This document shows, one piece after another, positions 11,159 through 21,800 of a DNA stretch of 64,000 nucleotides (the stretch's first letter is position 1; each line of letters starts with the position of its first letter). The position numbers and the translations under genes are program-made. Source of the DNA: Lachnoclostridium sp. UBA7097 (GTDB taxonomy: Bacteria; Bacillota; Clostridia; Lachnospirales; Lachnospiraceae); contig DKYP01000100.1 of NCBI GenBank assembly GCA_002499945.1, positions 5,384-69,383 on the forward strand, in the 5' to 3' direction. The notes beneath the pieces were generated by a model. That model was not told the origin of the DNA. It did no database searches and saw only the letters and a list, made by a program, of their open reading frames with translations.

Positions 11159-12429
11159 TATTGGATAAAAAGGTTAAAGTTATTGTAATTGGCGGAGGGG
11201 CGGCAGGGATAATGGCGGCTGTGGCGGCAGCAGATGCAGGCGCAGAGGTTATTATTGCCGAGAAAAATGAAAAAATTGGCAAAAAGCTTTATATAACGGG
11301 AAAGGGCAGGTGCAATATTACAAATAACAGTGATATACAGAACCTGCTTCTTCATGTTGTGTCAAACCCAAAGTTTTTATACAGTGCATTTTCTGCAATG
11401 GACAGCCGGAAGTTAATGGATTTTCTGGAAAATAACGGTTTAAATCTTAAAACAGAGCGTGGCGGCAGGGTGTTTCCGCTTTCAGATAAATCTTCTGATG
11501 TTATCAGGACATTTAAAAATATTCTTGAAAAAAGAGATGTAAAAATTTACTATAATACAGAAGTACAGGGTATAAATATAAAAGACGGGGTTTTTAAAAG
11601 TGCTGATATTAAATATTTAAACCAAAATGGCAGGAAAAATACAGAAACAATTAAGGCGGATGCTGTTATAATTGCAACAGGGGGCGTTTCGTACCCATCT
11701 ACAGGTTCTACAGGGGATGGTTACAGGTTTGCCTTAAATACGGGGCATAAGGTTAAAGAAACATTCCCGTCACTGGTTCCTGTAAATATTAAGGAGGGTT
11801 TTGCAAAGGAATTGCAGGGGCTTTCATTGCGCAATGTGGAATTATCGCTTAAAGACGGGAAGAAAGTTTTATATAAAGAAATGGGTGAAATGCTTTTTAC
11901 ACATTTTGGGATAAGCGGGCCTTTAGTCCTTACAGCAAGCTGTTATATGTCTGGAAAAGATATGGCAGGCATGAAGTTTATAATAGATTTAAAACCTGCA
12001 TTGACAAAACAGCAGCTGGATGGGAGAATATTAAGGGATTTTTCAGAATGTAAAAACAGCTGTTTTAAAAACAGCCTTGGAAGGCTTCTGCCAGCAAAGC
12101 TTATACCTGTTATAACAAGGCTTTCTGGCATAGATGCAGATAAAAAAGTCCATTCAGTTACAAAACAGGAAAGAGCCGGGCTTGTGGATTTGCTAAAAGG
12201 CTTAGAAATGACACCTGAGGGTATGAGGGGGTTTGATGAAGCAATTATTACAAGGGGCGGTGTGATGGTGAAGGAGATTAATCCTGCTACAATGGAATCT
12301 AAAAAAGTAAAAGGAATGTATTTTGCAGGGGAAGTAATTGACACTGATGCAGTGACAGGGGGATATAACCTCCAGATAGCGTGGTCAACAGGGTATCTTG
12401 CAGGCAAATCCGCCGCAGGTATAAAGTAA
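11155..12429 (+). CDS. HI0933/BaiN-like NAD(P)/FAD-dependent flavoprotein
   Basis: Rossmann motif VIVIGGGAAGIMAA, KLYITGKGRCN, a C-terminal GGYNLQ motif, and an ATGA overlap with the upstream gene. Confidence 0.8.
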   Translation: MILDKKVKVIVIGGGAAGIMAAVAAADAGAEVIIAEKNEKIGKKLYITGKGRCNITNNSDIQNLLLHVVSNPKFLYSAFSAMDSRKLMDFLENNGLNLKTERGGRVFPLSDKSSDVIRTFKNILEKRDVKIYYNTEVQGINIKDGVFKSADIKYLNQNGRKNTETIKADAVIIATGGVSYPSTGSTGDGYRFALNTGHKVKETFPSLVPVNIKEGFAKELQGLSLRNVELSLKDGKKVLYKEMGEMLFTHFGISGPLVLTASCYMSGKDMAGMKFIIDLKPALTKQQLDGRILRDFSECKNSCFKNSLGRLLPAKLIPVITRLSGIDADKKVHSVTKQERAGLVDLLKGLEMTPEGMRGFDEAIITRGGVMVKEINPATMESKKVKGMYFAGEVIDTDAVTGGYNLQIAWSTGYLAGKSAAGIK

Positions 12430-12470
12430 ATGGCATATAAAATTAGATAATTAACAGGAGAGAATTGGTT

Positions 12471-13142
12471 ATGCATAATATAGCAATAGACGGGCCGGCT
12501 GGTGCAGGTAAAAGTACAATAGCAAGGCTTGCAGCAGAAAAACTTGGTTTTATATATGTGGATACAGGTGCAATGTACAGGGCAATGGCACTTTATTTTA
12601 TAAGGAATGGCATAGACACCGGGGATGAAGGGGCGGTACATGCAGCATGCGGGGACATAGATATTTCCATAGAATACCAGGATGGGGAACAGATGGTAAT
12701 ATTAAATGGTGAAAATGTCAATGCTTTTATAAGGACAGAACAGGTAAGCATGGTGACATCAGATATTGCCAGGTATACACCAGTAAGGGCTAAACTTCTG
12801 GATATACAGAGAAACCTTGCTGCGGTTAAGGATATAATAATGGACGGGCGTGATATAGGCACATGTGTACTCCCGGACGCAGAAACCAAGATTTACCTTA
12901 CTGCAAGTGCAGATGAAAGGGCAAGGCGCAGGTATAAAGAACAGACAGGACGTGGCATTGCCTGTGATATAGAAATGTTAAAACAGGATATAATTAAAAG
13001 GGATGAACAGGATATGAACAGGGAAACATCACCTTTAAAGCAGGCAGAGGATGCTGTGTTTCTTGATACTTCGGATTTATCAATAGAAGAAGCTGTGGAT
13101 GCAGTAATTAACATATATAACAGCAAAAAAGCAGCAAGCTAA
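12471..13142 (+). CDS. cmk: cytidylate kinase
   Basis: IAIDGPAGAGKST P-loop, YVDTGAMYR, GRDIGT. The RBS CAGGAGAG lies 8 nt before ATG 12471. Confidence 0.9.
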   Translation: MHNIAIDGPAGAGKSTIARLAAEKLGFIYVDTGAMYRAMALYFIRNGIDTGDEGAVHAACGDIDISIEYQDGEQMVILNGENVNAFIRTEQVSMVTSDIARYTPVRAKLLDIQRNLAAVKDIIMDGRDIGTCVLPDAETKIYLTASADERARRRYKEQTGRGIACDIEMLKQDIIKRDEQDMNRETSPLKQAEDAVFLDTSDLSIEEAVDAVINIYNSKKAAS

Positions 13143-13191
13143 AGTTTTTATGGTTATAATCCGATTAAATAAAAAGGGGCGTATACCAGTA

Positions 13192-14043
13192 ATGAGGAAA
13201 GTTACAGTTGCAAAAAGTGCCGGTTTCTGCTTTGGTGTTAAAAGGGCAGTAGACATGGCATATGAAGAAGCTTCAAAAGGTGGCAGGGTATTTACATTAG
13301 GGCCGCTTATCCACAATGAGCAGGTGGTATCTGACCTGGAAAGCAAAGGCGTGAAAGTTATAGAAGATGTAGAAAGCCTTGATGAAGGTGAAGATATTAC
13401 AGTAATTATACGCTCACATGGCATATCTAAGGAAACATTACAAAAGCTGGAAAGGAAAAATGTCCATATAATAGATGCAACGTGCCCGTTTGTTTCCAAA
13501 ATACACCATATAGTAGAGGAAAAATACAGCAAAGGATACCATATAATAATAACAGGGGACGCAAAACACCCTGAAGTTATGGCTGTATGTGGCTGGTGTG
13601 AGGACAATGCAGATATTATCGGGAGTGTGGATGAAGCAGAAAAATACAGTAATTATAAGGGGCAGAAGCTATGTGTTGTGTCGCAGACGACATTTAATTA
13701 CAATAAATTTCAAGATATAGTTGATATTTTAGTGAAAAAGAGTTATGATATACTTGTTATGAATACAATTTGCAACGCTACCGAAGAGCGTCAGACAGAA
13801 GCGGGTACTATTGCGGGGCAATCCGACGCGATGTTAGTAATAGGTGGAAAACATAGTTCGAACACGCAGAAATTGTTTGAAATATGCAAAGGAGCATGTC
13901 CGGACACATATTTTATACAGACACTTGATGACCTGGATTTGAAGAAACTTCAATCTTTTCGTAGCGTGGGTATTACTGCTGGGGCATCGACCCCAAATAA
14001 TATAATTAAGGAGGTTCAATCATATGTCAGAAGTGAACAATGA
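13192..14043 (+). CDS. ispH: 4-hydroxy-3-methylbut-2-enyl diphosphate reductase
   Basis: AGFCFGVKRAV, ATCPFV, SQTT, SSNT motifs. It overlaps the S1 gene by 20 nt; ispH-rpsA linkage is common in Clostridia. Confidence 0.9.
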   Translation: MRKVTVAKSAGFCFGVKRAVDMAYEEASKGGRVFTLGPLIHNEQVVSDLESKGVKVIEDVESLDEGEDITVIIRSHGISKETLQKLERKNVHIIDATCPFVSKIHHIVEEKYSKGYHIIITGDAKHPEVMAVCGWCEDNADIIGSVDEAEKYSNYKGQKLCVVSQTTFNYNKFQDIVDILVKKSYDILVMNTICNATEERQTEAGTIAGQSDAMLVIGGKHSSNTQKLFEICKGACPDTYFIQTLDDLDLKKLQSFRSVGITAGASTPNNIIKEVQSYVRSEQ

Positions 14044-15127
14044 ATTTGAACAGTTATTGGAAGAAACATTAGTAACAATCCACAATGGGGAGATTGTAGA
14101 AGGGACAGTTATCAGCGTTAAGGAAGATGAAATCGTTTTAAACATTGGTTACAAGGCTGATGGTATTATTACCAGGAATGAATACAGTAACCAGTCAGGT
14201 ATCGACCTTAGGGAAGTAGTTAAAGAAGGCGATACAATGAGCGCTAAAGTTCTTAAGGTAAATGACGGCGAAGGACAGGTAGTCCTGACATATAAGCGGC
14301 TTGCCATGGAAAAGAGCAATGAGCGCATAAGGGAAGCATTTGAGAACAAGGAAGTACTTAAAGCTACAGTTTCAGCTGTACTTGCAGGTGGTTTAAGCGT
14401 AGTAGTTGATGAAACAAAAGTATTTATCCCTGCAAGCCTTGTGTCAGATACTTATGAGAAAGACCTTTCCAAATATTCAGGACAGGAGATAGAGTTTGTC
14501 ATAAGTGAATTTAATCCTAAAAAGAGAAGGATTATCGGTGACAGGAAACAGCTTCTTGTTGCGGAGAAGAAGAAACTCCAGGAAGAGTTGTTCGCAAGGA
14601 TAAAAGTTGGTGACACAGTAGAAGGCACAGTAAAGAACCTTACAGATTTTGGTGCATTTATTGACTTAGGCGGCGCAGACGGGCTTCTCCATATTTCAGA
14701 GATGTCATGGGGACGTGTTGAGAACCCTAAGAAGGTGTTCAGTGTAGGCGATAAGACAAAGGTTCTTATTAAAGATATAAAAGATGACAAGATTGCACTC
14801 AGCCTGAAATTTGAAGACCAGAACCCTTGGTTAAATGCTGATGAAAAATACAGCACAGGTTCAGTAGTTAAGGGAAAAGTTGCAAGAATGGCAGATTTCG
14901 GTGCATTTATCGAACTTGAACCTGGTGTGGATGCGCTGCTGCATGTTTCACAGATTTCAAAAGAGCATGTTGACAAACCATCTGATGTACTTAAAACAGG
15001 CCAGGAGATTGAAGCTAAAGTAGTTGATTTCAATAAGGAAGACCATAAAATCAGTTTAAGTATTAAAGCTTTATTAAATGATTCACAGACGGATGAGGAA
15101 CCTGCCGGTGAAGATGTAGCTGAGTAA
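14024..15127 (+). CDS. rpsA: 30S ribosomal protein S1 (four S1 domains)
   Basis: Repeated S1-domain signatures (G.V..V..FGAF..L..G..GL.HISE) and an AGGAGG RBS. Confidence 0.85.
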   Translation: MSEVNNEFEQLLEETLVTIHNGEIVEGTVISVKEDEIVLNIGYKADGIITRNEYSNQSGIDLREVVKEGDTMSAKVLKVNDGEGQVVLTYKRLAMEKSNERIREAFENKEVLKATVSAVLAGGLSVVVDETKVFIPASLVSDTYEKDLSKYSGQEIEFVISEFNPKKRRIIGDRKQLLVAEKKKLQEELFARIKVGDTVEGTVKNLTDFGAFIDLGGADGLLHISEMSWGRVENPKKVFSVGDKTKVLIKDIKDDKIALSLKFEDQNPWLNADEKYSTGSVVKGKVARMADFGAFIELEPGVDALLHVSQISKEHVDKPSDVLKTGQEIEAKVVDFNKEDHKISLSIKALLNDSQTDEEPAGEDVAE

Positions 15128-15136
15128 TTAATTTTT

Positions 15137-15176
15137 CCGCCAATCCGTAAAAAAGTAAACGGGTTGGCGGTTTTTT
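15137..15176 (+). terminator. rho-independent terminator after rpsA
   Basis: Stem CCGCCAATCCG (15137-15147) pairs with CGGGTTGGCGG (15160-15170) with one mismatch, followed by TTTTTT. Confidence 0.7.
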
Positions 15177-15193
15177 CATGGAGGTATATAAAA

Positions 15194-15973
15194 ATGGGTG
15201 ATTATGAAAAGTTTAAAACCAAAGTATACCAGCTTACCAAGATTGATTTGAGCTGTTATAAAGAAAGACAGATGAAAAGGCGTATAGATTCGCTTATCAC
15301 TAAGAGAAAAATCAGTTCATATGATGAATATATAAATGCTATTTCAAAAGACAAGGAGCTTCTTGAAGAATTTGTAGCTTATCTTACAATAAATGTTTCT
15401 GAATTTTATAGGAATCCTGAACAGTGGAAATTACTTGAAAATGAGATGTTTCCATATTTATTTGAGAAATTTGGAAGCAATAATATAAAAATATGGAGTG
15501 CTGCCTGTTCTACAGGGGATGAACCATATACACTTGTTATGCTCCTTGCCAAATTTATCCCTATGAACAGGATAAAAATAATTGCAACTGATATTGATAA
15601 GCAGGTACTTGAAAAAGCACAGATTGGGGTTTACGACGAGAAAAGTTTAAAAGGGCTTCCTAAAGAATACATTACAAAATATTTTACTAAAACAGGCACA
15701 AGAAGCTACCAGATTTCAGATGAAGTGAAAAAATGTGTTGAATTTAAACAGCATAACCTCTTAAAAGATACATACCCTTCAGGCTGCAATATGATAGTGT
15801 GCCGCAATGTAATGATATATTTTACAGAAGAAGCCAAAGATGAAATATACAAAAAATTTAACGCTGCACTTAAAAAAGATGGCATACTTTTTGTAGGAAG
15901 CACAGAGCAGATAATATCCCCAGGGGAGTCAGGATTCTCAACATTTAAGTCATTCTTCTATAAGAAAATGTAA
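15194..15973 (+). CDS. cheR: CheR-type protein-glutamate O-methyltransferase (orphan)
   Basis: VSEFYRNPEQW, IWSAACSTGDEPYT, CRNVMIYF. ATG 15194 is preferred because the track start at 15164 lies inside the rpsA terminator. Confidence 0.8.
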   Translation: MGDYEKFKTKVYQLTKIDLSCYKERQMKRRIDSLITKRKISSYDEYINAISKDKELLEEFVAYLTINVSEFYRNPEQWKLLENEMFPYLFEKFGSNNIKIWSAACSTGDEPYTLVMLLAKFIPMNRIKIIATDIDKQVLEKAQIGVYDEKSLKGLPKEYITKYFTKTGTRSYQISDEVKKCVEFKQHNLLKDTYPSGCNMIVCRNVMIYFTEEAKDEIYKKFNAALKKDGILFVGSTEQIISPGESGFSTFKSFFYKKM

Positions 15974-16005
15974 AATATATCTGGATGATAAAATAAATAT
16001 TATAA

Positions 16006-16049
16006 AGGCTGCCTGGGGTATAAATACAACAGGTGGCTTTATTTGTTTT
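16006..16049 (+). terminator. possible terminator after cheR
   Basis: AGGCTGCCTG (16006-16015) pairs with CAGGTGGCTT (16030-16039) if G-U pairs are allowed, followed by a T-rich tract. The stem is imperfect. Confidence 0.35.
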
Positions 16050-16084
16050 GCATATAAAAATATCCATATTTTCTTAAAACAGGC

Positions 16085-16113
16085 TTGCATATAATCTATT
16101 TTGTGTGTAAAAT
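16085..16113 (+). promoter_or_regulatory. putative sigma-A promoter of the jet operon
   Basis: TTGCAT (16085-16090), a 17-nt spacer, then TAAAAT (16108-16113), about 60 nt upstream of jetA. Confidence 0.35.
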
Positions 16114-16174
16114 ATAGACATAAATATACAAATCACAGCAAAAACAGATTTCTTGCAGGGGGGATAATTTTATT

Positions 16175-17647
16175 ATGGTTGTTACTGAAAAGCTTTTAAA
16201 GCCGTTAAAAGAGGCAAATTACCTGAATGTGGACAATACGGACAGGTACAGGCCAATTATACGGCTTTTTTATTTGAATTATGAAAAGCTTAAATACTGG
16301 ATGTACATGGAAGAGGTTTATGCAGAGCTTAAAGAAGACCCTTATTTTGAACAGTACACCATGGAACAGTGCCAGCAGGATTTAGCTTCCCTTGTTTCAT
16401 GGGGGAATTTAGATACTGTACAGGATACTAAAAAGGTAACAACCCTTGAAGAATTTAAGAATAAAAAGTTCAGGTACAAGCTTTCGGAATATGCTGTAGA
16501 GATTGAAAGAATGGTACTGCATCTTGAAAACCTGTTTGTAGAGGGTGCGTCGTTAGAGCCCGGGCTTCTGGAACGTATAAGGCATAGTACCAGCCGTATT
16601 AAAAGTATGCAGGATGCACCAGTTGAGGAAACGTACAACTGGTGGAAAGATTTAAATAGCGATTTTATAAGGCTTAACCAGAATTACCAGGATTATATGG
16701 GAACGCTTAACAGTGTAAAGGCAGAAGAGATGATGCAGACAAGGGAGTTTCTTGTATTTAAGGACCATTTAATTGAATATTTGAGGAGTTTTGTAAAGAG
16801 TTTACAGCAGAATGTAGATGTAATCGGACATTATATAAAGGAAGTCCCGGAGGACAGCATCAGGGAAATTCTTGAGAAAACTATATCATATGAAATGTCA
16901 ATTCCAAGGATGGATGCAGAGCCTGATGAAAGGTTAATCAGGGAAAATACAAATGGACGCTGGCAGAGTATTGAGGAGTGGTTTGTAAATAAAAATGGAA
17001 AAGAGGCGGAAGCGGGCAGGGTTTTTGATATTACTAATGATATAATACGTAAAATTACACGTTATGCAACAAGAATCAGTGAAACGGTTAATGCCGGGGC
17101 AAACCGCCGGGATGAGTATTATAAAGTTGCAAAGCTTTTTAGCAGCTGTATTGATGTTAATGAAGCACACAGGCTTTCTTCCAATGTTTTTGGAATTGAA
17201 AGCTCTTTGCATTTAAGAGGGGAAATTGAAAGGGAAACGGAAAGCATTAACAGTGGCGTATATGAGGAAAAGCCATATATAGTGGAGATTATGCCAAGGA
17301 CAAGGACATACAGGGATAAGGCAAAGCGTACAGGGATTATTGACAGGACAGCGGAAAAAGAGGCAGCAAAGAGGGCGGCTATTGAAAGGATAGAAAAGGA
17401 GAGGAAACTTTTAGAAAGTTATATAAAAGATGACAGGCTTGATTTTGCAGGGCTTCCGGTATTAGAACCATTTGCCAGGGATACTTTTTTAACATGGCTT
17501 TCCAAAGCACTGGAAAGAAAGGACAGAAGTTCTAAAACAGAAGATGGAAGGACATATTTTGTTGAGGAAAGGACAGAGCAGACCTGTACTGTTGAATGTA
17601 CAGATGGCAAATTTACAATGCCAGCATATGTAATATGCTTTAAATAA
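16175..17647 (+). CDS. jetA: Wadjet JetA (kleisin-like subunit; DUF2397/TIGR02677-like)
   Basis: 490 aa and first gene of a 490/379/1371/430-aa cassette matching the TIGR02677-02678-02680-02679 order as I remember it. The N-terminal YLNVDNTDRYRPIIRLFY resembles the family's YL...YR..mr.F motif. Confidence 0.7.
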   Translation: MVVTEKLLKPLKEANYLNVDNTDRYRPIIRLFYLNYEKLKYWMYMEEVYAELKEDPYFEQYTMEQCQQDLASLVSWGNLDTVQDTKKVTTLEEFKNKKFRYKLSEYAVEIERMVLHLENLFVEGASLEPGLLERIRHSTSRIKSMQDAPVEETYNWWKDLNSDFIRLNQNYQDYMGTLNSVKAEEMMQTREFLVFKDHLIEYLRSFVKSLQQNVDVIGHYIKEVPEDSIREILEKTISYEMSIPRMDAEPDERLIRENTNGRWQSIEEWFVNKNGKEAEAGRVFDITNDIIRKITRYATRISETVNAGANRRDEYYKVAKLFSSCIDVNEAHRLSSNVFGIESSLHLRGEIERETESINSGVYEEKPYIVEIMPRTRTYRDKAKRTGIIDRTAEKEAAKRAAIERIEKERKLLESYIKDDRLDFAGLPVLEPFARDTFLTWLSKALERKDRSSKTEDGRTYFVEERTEQTCTVECTDGKFTMPAYVICFK

Positions 17648-17660
17648 GGGAAGGGTATTA

Positions 17661-18800
17661 ATGAATGCTTTAGAAATATTAATGAGTAAAAGATGGGTAG
17701 TAAAAAGCCAGGAAAAAGAATTATATTACAGGGTAAAGGATGATATTGGAAAGTATAAAACATTTTTAAGTGAGAAACTGGGATACCATGTTATTGTAAC
17801 ACCATATTTTATTAAGCTTGAAAAAATACCAGCAAAACCGGAAAACTGGATGGGGATTTCCGGTTTTAAGGAAAAGATGGAATATATATTTCTCTGTATT
17901 ATCTTAATGTTTCTTGAAGATAAGGAGGCAGAAGACCAGTTTGTGCTGTCAGATTTAACAGAGTATGTACAGGGACAGTGGAAGGAAGAAGAAACGGACT
18001 GGACTGTTTATAAGAACCGCCGGTGCTTTGTAAAGGTATTAAAGTTCTGTGTGGATTGTGGCATGTTAAAAGTAGATGATGGCAATGAAGAGGATTTTTA
18101 TAAGGACGGAAGTACAGAAGTGCTTTATGAAAATACAGGGATATCAAGGTATTTTATGCGCAATTTTACAATAGATATTTCAGGTTTTACAGACCCGTCT
18201 GGTTTTACAGGTGAAGAATGGATTGGAATGGATGAGGACAGGGGGATTATACGCAGGCAGAGGGTTTACCGCAAGCTTTTTATGGGCATGGGGATTTACC
18301 GGACAGAGGATTCTGAGGAAGATTTTTTGTATGTTAAGAATTACAGGAATATAATACAAAGTGAGTTACAGGCTGTTACAGACTGCACACTGCATGTACA
18401 TAAAAACAGCGCATTCCTGGTTCTTGGCAAGGACTGCCGTATGGGAAGGTGTTTCCCAGAGGAAAATACACTTTCAGATATTGCCTTGCTTTGCAGTACG
18501 CTTATACGCGGGATGCTTGGGGAAGAAGAGATTACATGCCCTGTAGATGAACAAATAACAATGCCTTTACAACAGTTTACAGGGGTTATTGAAAACTGTA
18601 AGGAAATTTACCAAGAAGGTTTTCCTAAGAAATACAGGGATATGACAATAAATGAATTTGTAACAGCAGCAATGCAGTATATGGAAGAAATGGAGCTTAT
18701 AAATACAGATGGCAAAGAAGTCTGCATTAAGCCGGCATTTGGCAAGATGAATGGCGTTTATCCGGATGACTTCAAATTAAAGAGGGAGGAAAAGCAATGA
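17661..18800 (+). CDS. jetB: Wadjet JetB (KITE/MksE-like subunit; DUF2398/TIGR02678-like)
   Basis: 379 aa. Assigned by position between jetA and the SMC-like ATPase, with a 4-nt ATGA overlap with jetC. Confidence 0.65.
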   Translation: MNALEILMSKRWVVKSQEKELYYRVKDDIGKYKTFLSEKLGYHVIVTPYFIKLEKIPAKPENWMGISGFKEKMEYIFLCIILMFLEDKEAEDQFVLSDLTEYVQGQWKEEETDWTVYKNRRCFVKVLKFCVDCGMLKVDDGNEEDFYKDGSTEVLYENTGISRYFMRNFTIDISGFTDPSGFTGEEWIGMDEDRGIIRRQRVYRKLFMGMGIYRTEDSEEDFLYVKNYRNIIQSELQAVTDCTLHVHKNSAFLVLGKDCRMGRCFPEENTLSDIALLCSTLIRGMLGEEEITCPVDEQITMPLQQFTGVIENCKEIYQEGFPKKYRDMTINEFVTAAMQYMEEMELINTDGKEVCIKPAFGKMNGVYPDDFKLKREEKQ

Positions 18801-21800
18801 ATAACAGCAGCTGGATTATTAATAAAGCAGGTTTAACCGATTTCTGGTATTATGACCAGCAGGAATTTAAATTTCTTGAAGGAAGGATGCTTCTAAGAGG
18901 TTCTAATGGTTCTGGAAAGTCTGTAACAATGCAAAGCTTTATCCCGCTTCTTTTAGATGGAAATATGCGCCCTGAGCGTCTTGACCCTTTTGGTTCAAGG
19001 GCAAGGAAAATGGAGAATTACCTGCTTGAAGAGGATGATGGCAGGGATGAACGGACAGGTTATCTTTATATGGAATTTAAACGCCAGGAATCAGAAACAT
19101 ATATAACAATCGGGATTGGGCTGCGTGCAAGGAAGAATAAAAAACTTGAAACATGGTATTTTTGTATTACAGATGGAAGAAGGGTTGGAAAAGATTTTTT
19201 ATTGTATAAAGATGTACAAAATAAAATAGCATATTCCAAAACAGAATTAAGGAACAGAATTGGAAACGGCGGGCGTGTAATGGATACACAGGGCGAATAT
19301 GCTGCCTGTGTTAATTCATTAATATTTGGTTTTGAAACAATGGAAGAATACAAGGAAATGCTTGATTTATTAATACAGCTGCGTACACCAAAGCTTTCTA
19401 AAGATTTTAAACCTTCTGTAATTAATGATATATTAAGCAAATCTTTGCAGACATTATCAGAAGATGACCTGCGCCCTATGTCAGAGGCTATTGAAAATAT
19501 GGATACCATGAAAACGAATCTTGACAACCTTTCAGAAAGCATAAAGGCAGCAAAACAAATTGAAAAAGTTTATGACCAGTATAACAGGGCAGTCCTTTTT
19601 GAAAAAGCTTCAATATATCTTAGTAAAGCTGGTGAATTTAAAAAACAGCAGGATGAATTACAAAGCTTAGAAGAAAGGATTTCTTTAAATACAGATTTGC
19701 TTGAAAAGGAAAATATTAATTATGATAGTCTAAAACAGGAGTATGAAGTCCTGGAAACAGAGCGTAATTCATTAAGTGATAATGATGCTACAAGATTAAA
19801 AGCAGAAGAAAGTAAACTTGAAAAACAGCTGGCGGAATCTGAAGAAGAAATAAAAATTTATGAAAAGCGTTCTGATAAAAAGCGGGAAGAATGTATAGAT
19901 AAAGAGAACCGCATTAAGTCGCAGGACAATGATAATAATACAACATTGCATGAGCTGGAAAATACTCTTGTACAGATGGAAGAAGCAATAGAAGATGTGC
20001 CATTTGATGAGGCAATATTTTTTATAGAGGAAATAAAACCAGGGCAGGATGGCAGATGTGATTTTGCCAGCCATACAAAAATGCTGGACCGCTATATGCA
20101 GAGTGTAGAGAATGGCACAGAGATTTTAAGGCTTGAGGAAGAGGAAAAAAGACGCTGTGATGAAGCTTTAAAAGAACTTGATTTAAAGAGGGAGGAACGT
20201 GAAAAGGCAGAACGTGAGTGGAGGCAGTATGACAGGCAGCTTGTGGAACAGAAAAGCGAAATTACAGAGGCTGTTTATAAATGGGAACATGGCAATACAC
20301 AATTCCATATGGAACCAGAAGCTTTACAGGAATTAGCAGGGTTTATTGATAATTACCAGTATGGCATGGATTATTCCAGGATAAATGAAATACTTTACGG
20401 GCAGAAAAATAAATTAAAAGACAAACTTTATGAAGAAGAAAGGGAAATCCTTAAAGAAAAAGAACCTGTTACAGCCAGTTTAAATGAAGCAAGGAAAGAA
20501 TTAAAAAACTGGGAGGAGAGCAGGGAAGCAGAACCGGAAAGAAGCAAAGAAACTATTAATAACAGGCAGAAGCTTGATGAAATGGGAATTTCATATATTC
20601 CTTTTTATAAGGCTGTTGATTTTGAAGATAAATTAAGCCAGACGGAAGCAGACAGGCTTGAAGCTGCATTACTGCATATGGGGATACTTGATGCTTTAAT
20701 TGTAGATGCAGATGACAGGGAAAAAGTCCTTTCAATGGAGGGTGATATCTGTGATAAATACCTGTTTGGTGATATAGAACATATAAAACCAGATATTATG
20801 GAGGCATTGCAGGTTTATAATGCAGAAAATGATATATTGCTTTACCAGAAGATATCTAATGTACTTGCAGGAATAGGCATTAATGGAAGTACAGGAAAAG
20901 AACAGGCAACATGGGCAGGTATTAACGGGAATTACCATATAGGTGTATTAGAAGGAGCTACAGGCACATTATATAAAGCAAAATATATAGGGACAGCAGC
21001 AAGGGAACGCTACCGCCTTGATAAAATAAATGAATTAAAATCCCTTATAAACAATCTTGAAATACAGGAAAAACAGTTTGAAGAACGTATTGTGCAGAAA
21101 AAAGAACAGCAGGGAAAACTACAGGAAGAAATGGAAAGTTTTCCTGATGAAGAAGATTTAAAAATTGCTGCAAAAGATTTCTGGGACAGCGGGGTACGTC
21201 TGGAAAATGCAAAGGAACTGGCAGAAAAGTACAGGGAAAGGCTTTTAAATGAGCAGGGTAAATTAAAAGAAACCAGGTTAAAAGTACAAGAAATATGTGC
21301 CAGTGCACATATGGCAAACCGCCCTGATGTTTTTGAAAATGCACTAAAAAGCCTTAAAGAATACAGAAACCTTTTAAATATGGCAGGCATTGCATATAAT
21401 AAATACTGGGCAGGCATGGATATGGCAAGGACTTTAAAAGATGCACTGGATGGGCTTATGGAGGACAGGGACGGGCTTTTATATACATTAAACCATTATA
21501 ACCAGCAGAAAAGACGTATCCTGGATGAACTGGAATCTGTAAAAAAACAACTTGGATTAACTAATTATAATGAAATAAAAGAACGTCTTGACGCATGTGT
21601 AAAACGCCTTGGTGAAATACCAGGTGAACGTGACCGCCTTGCATCACATATTGGTTTCCTTAAAAATTCTATTGAAAATGATAAAGAGAAACTGGAAGAA
21701 AAAAGGGGACATTTAAATAAAACAGAAAGGCTTAAGAATATCCACCGCCAGATTTTCCAGATGGAATATAAACTTGGTTATGTAATTCCTTATGAAAATA

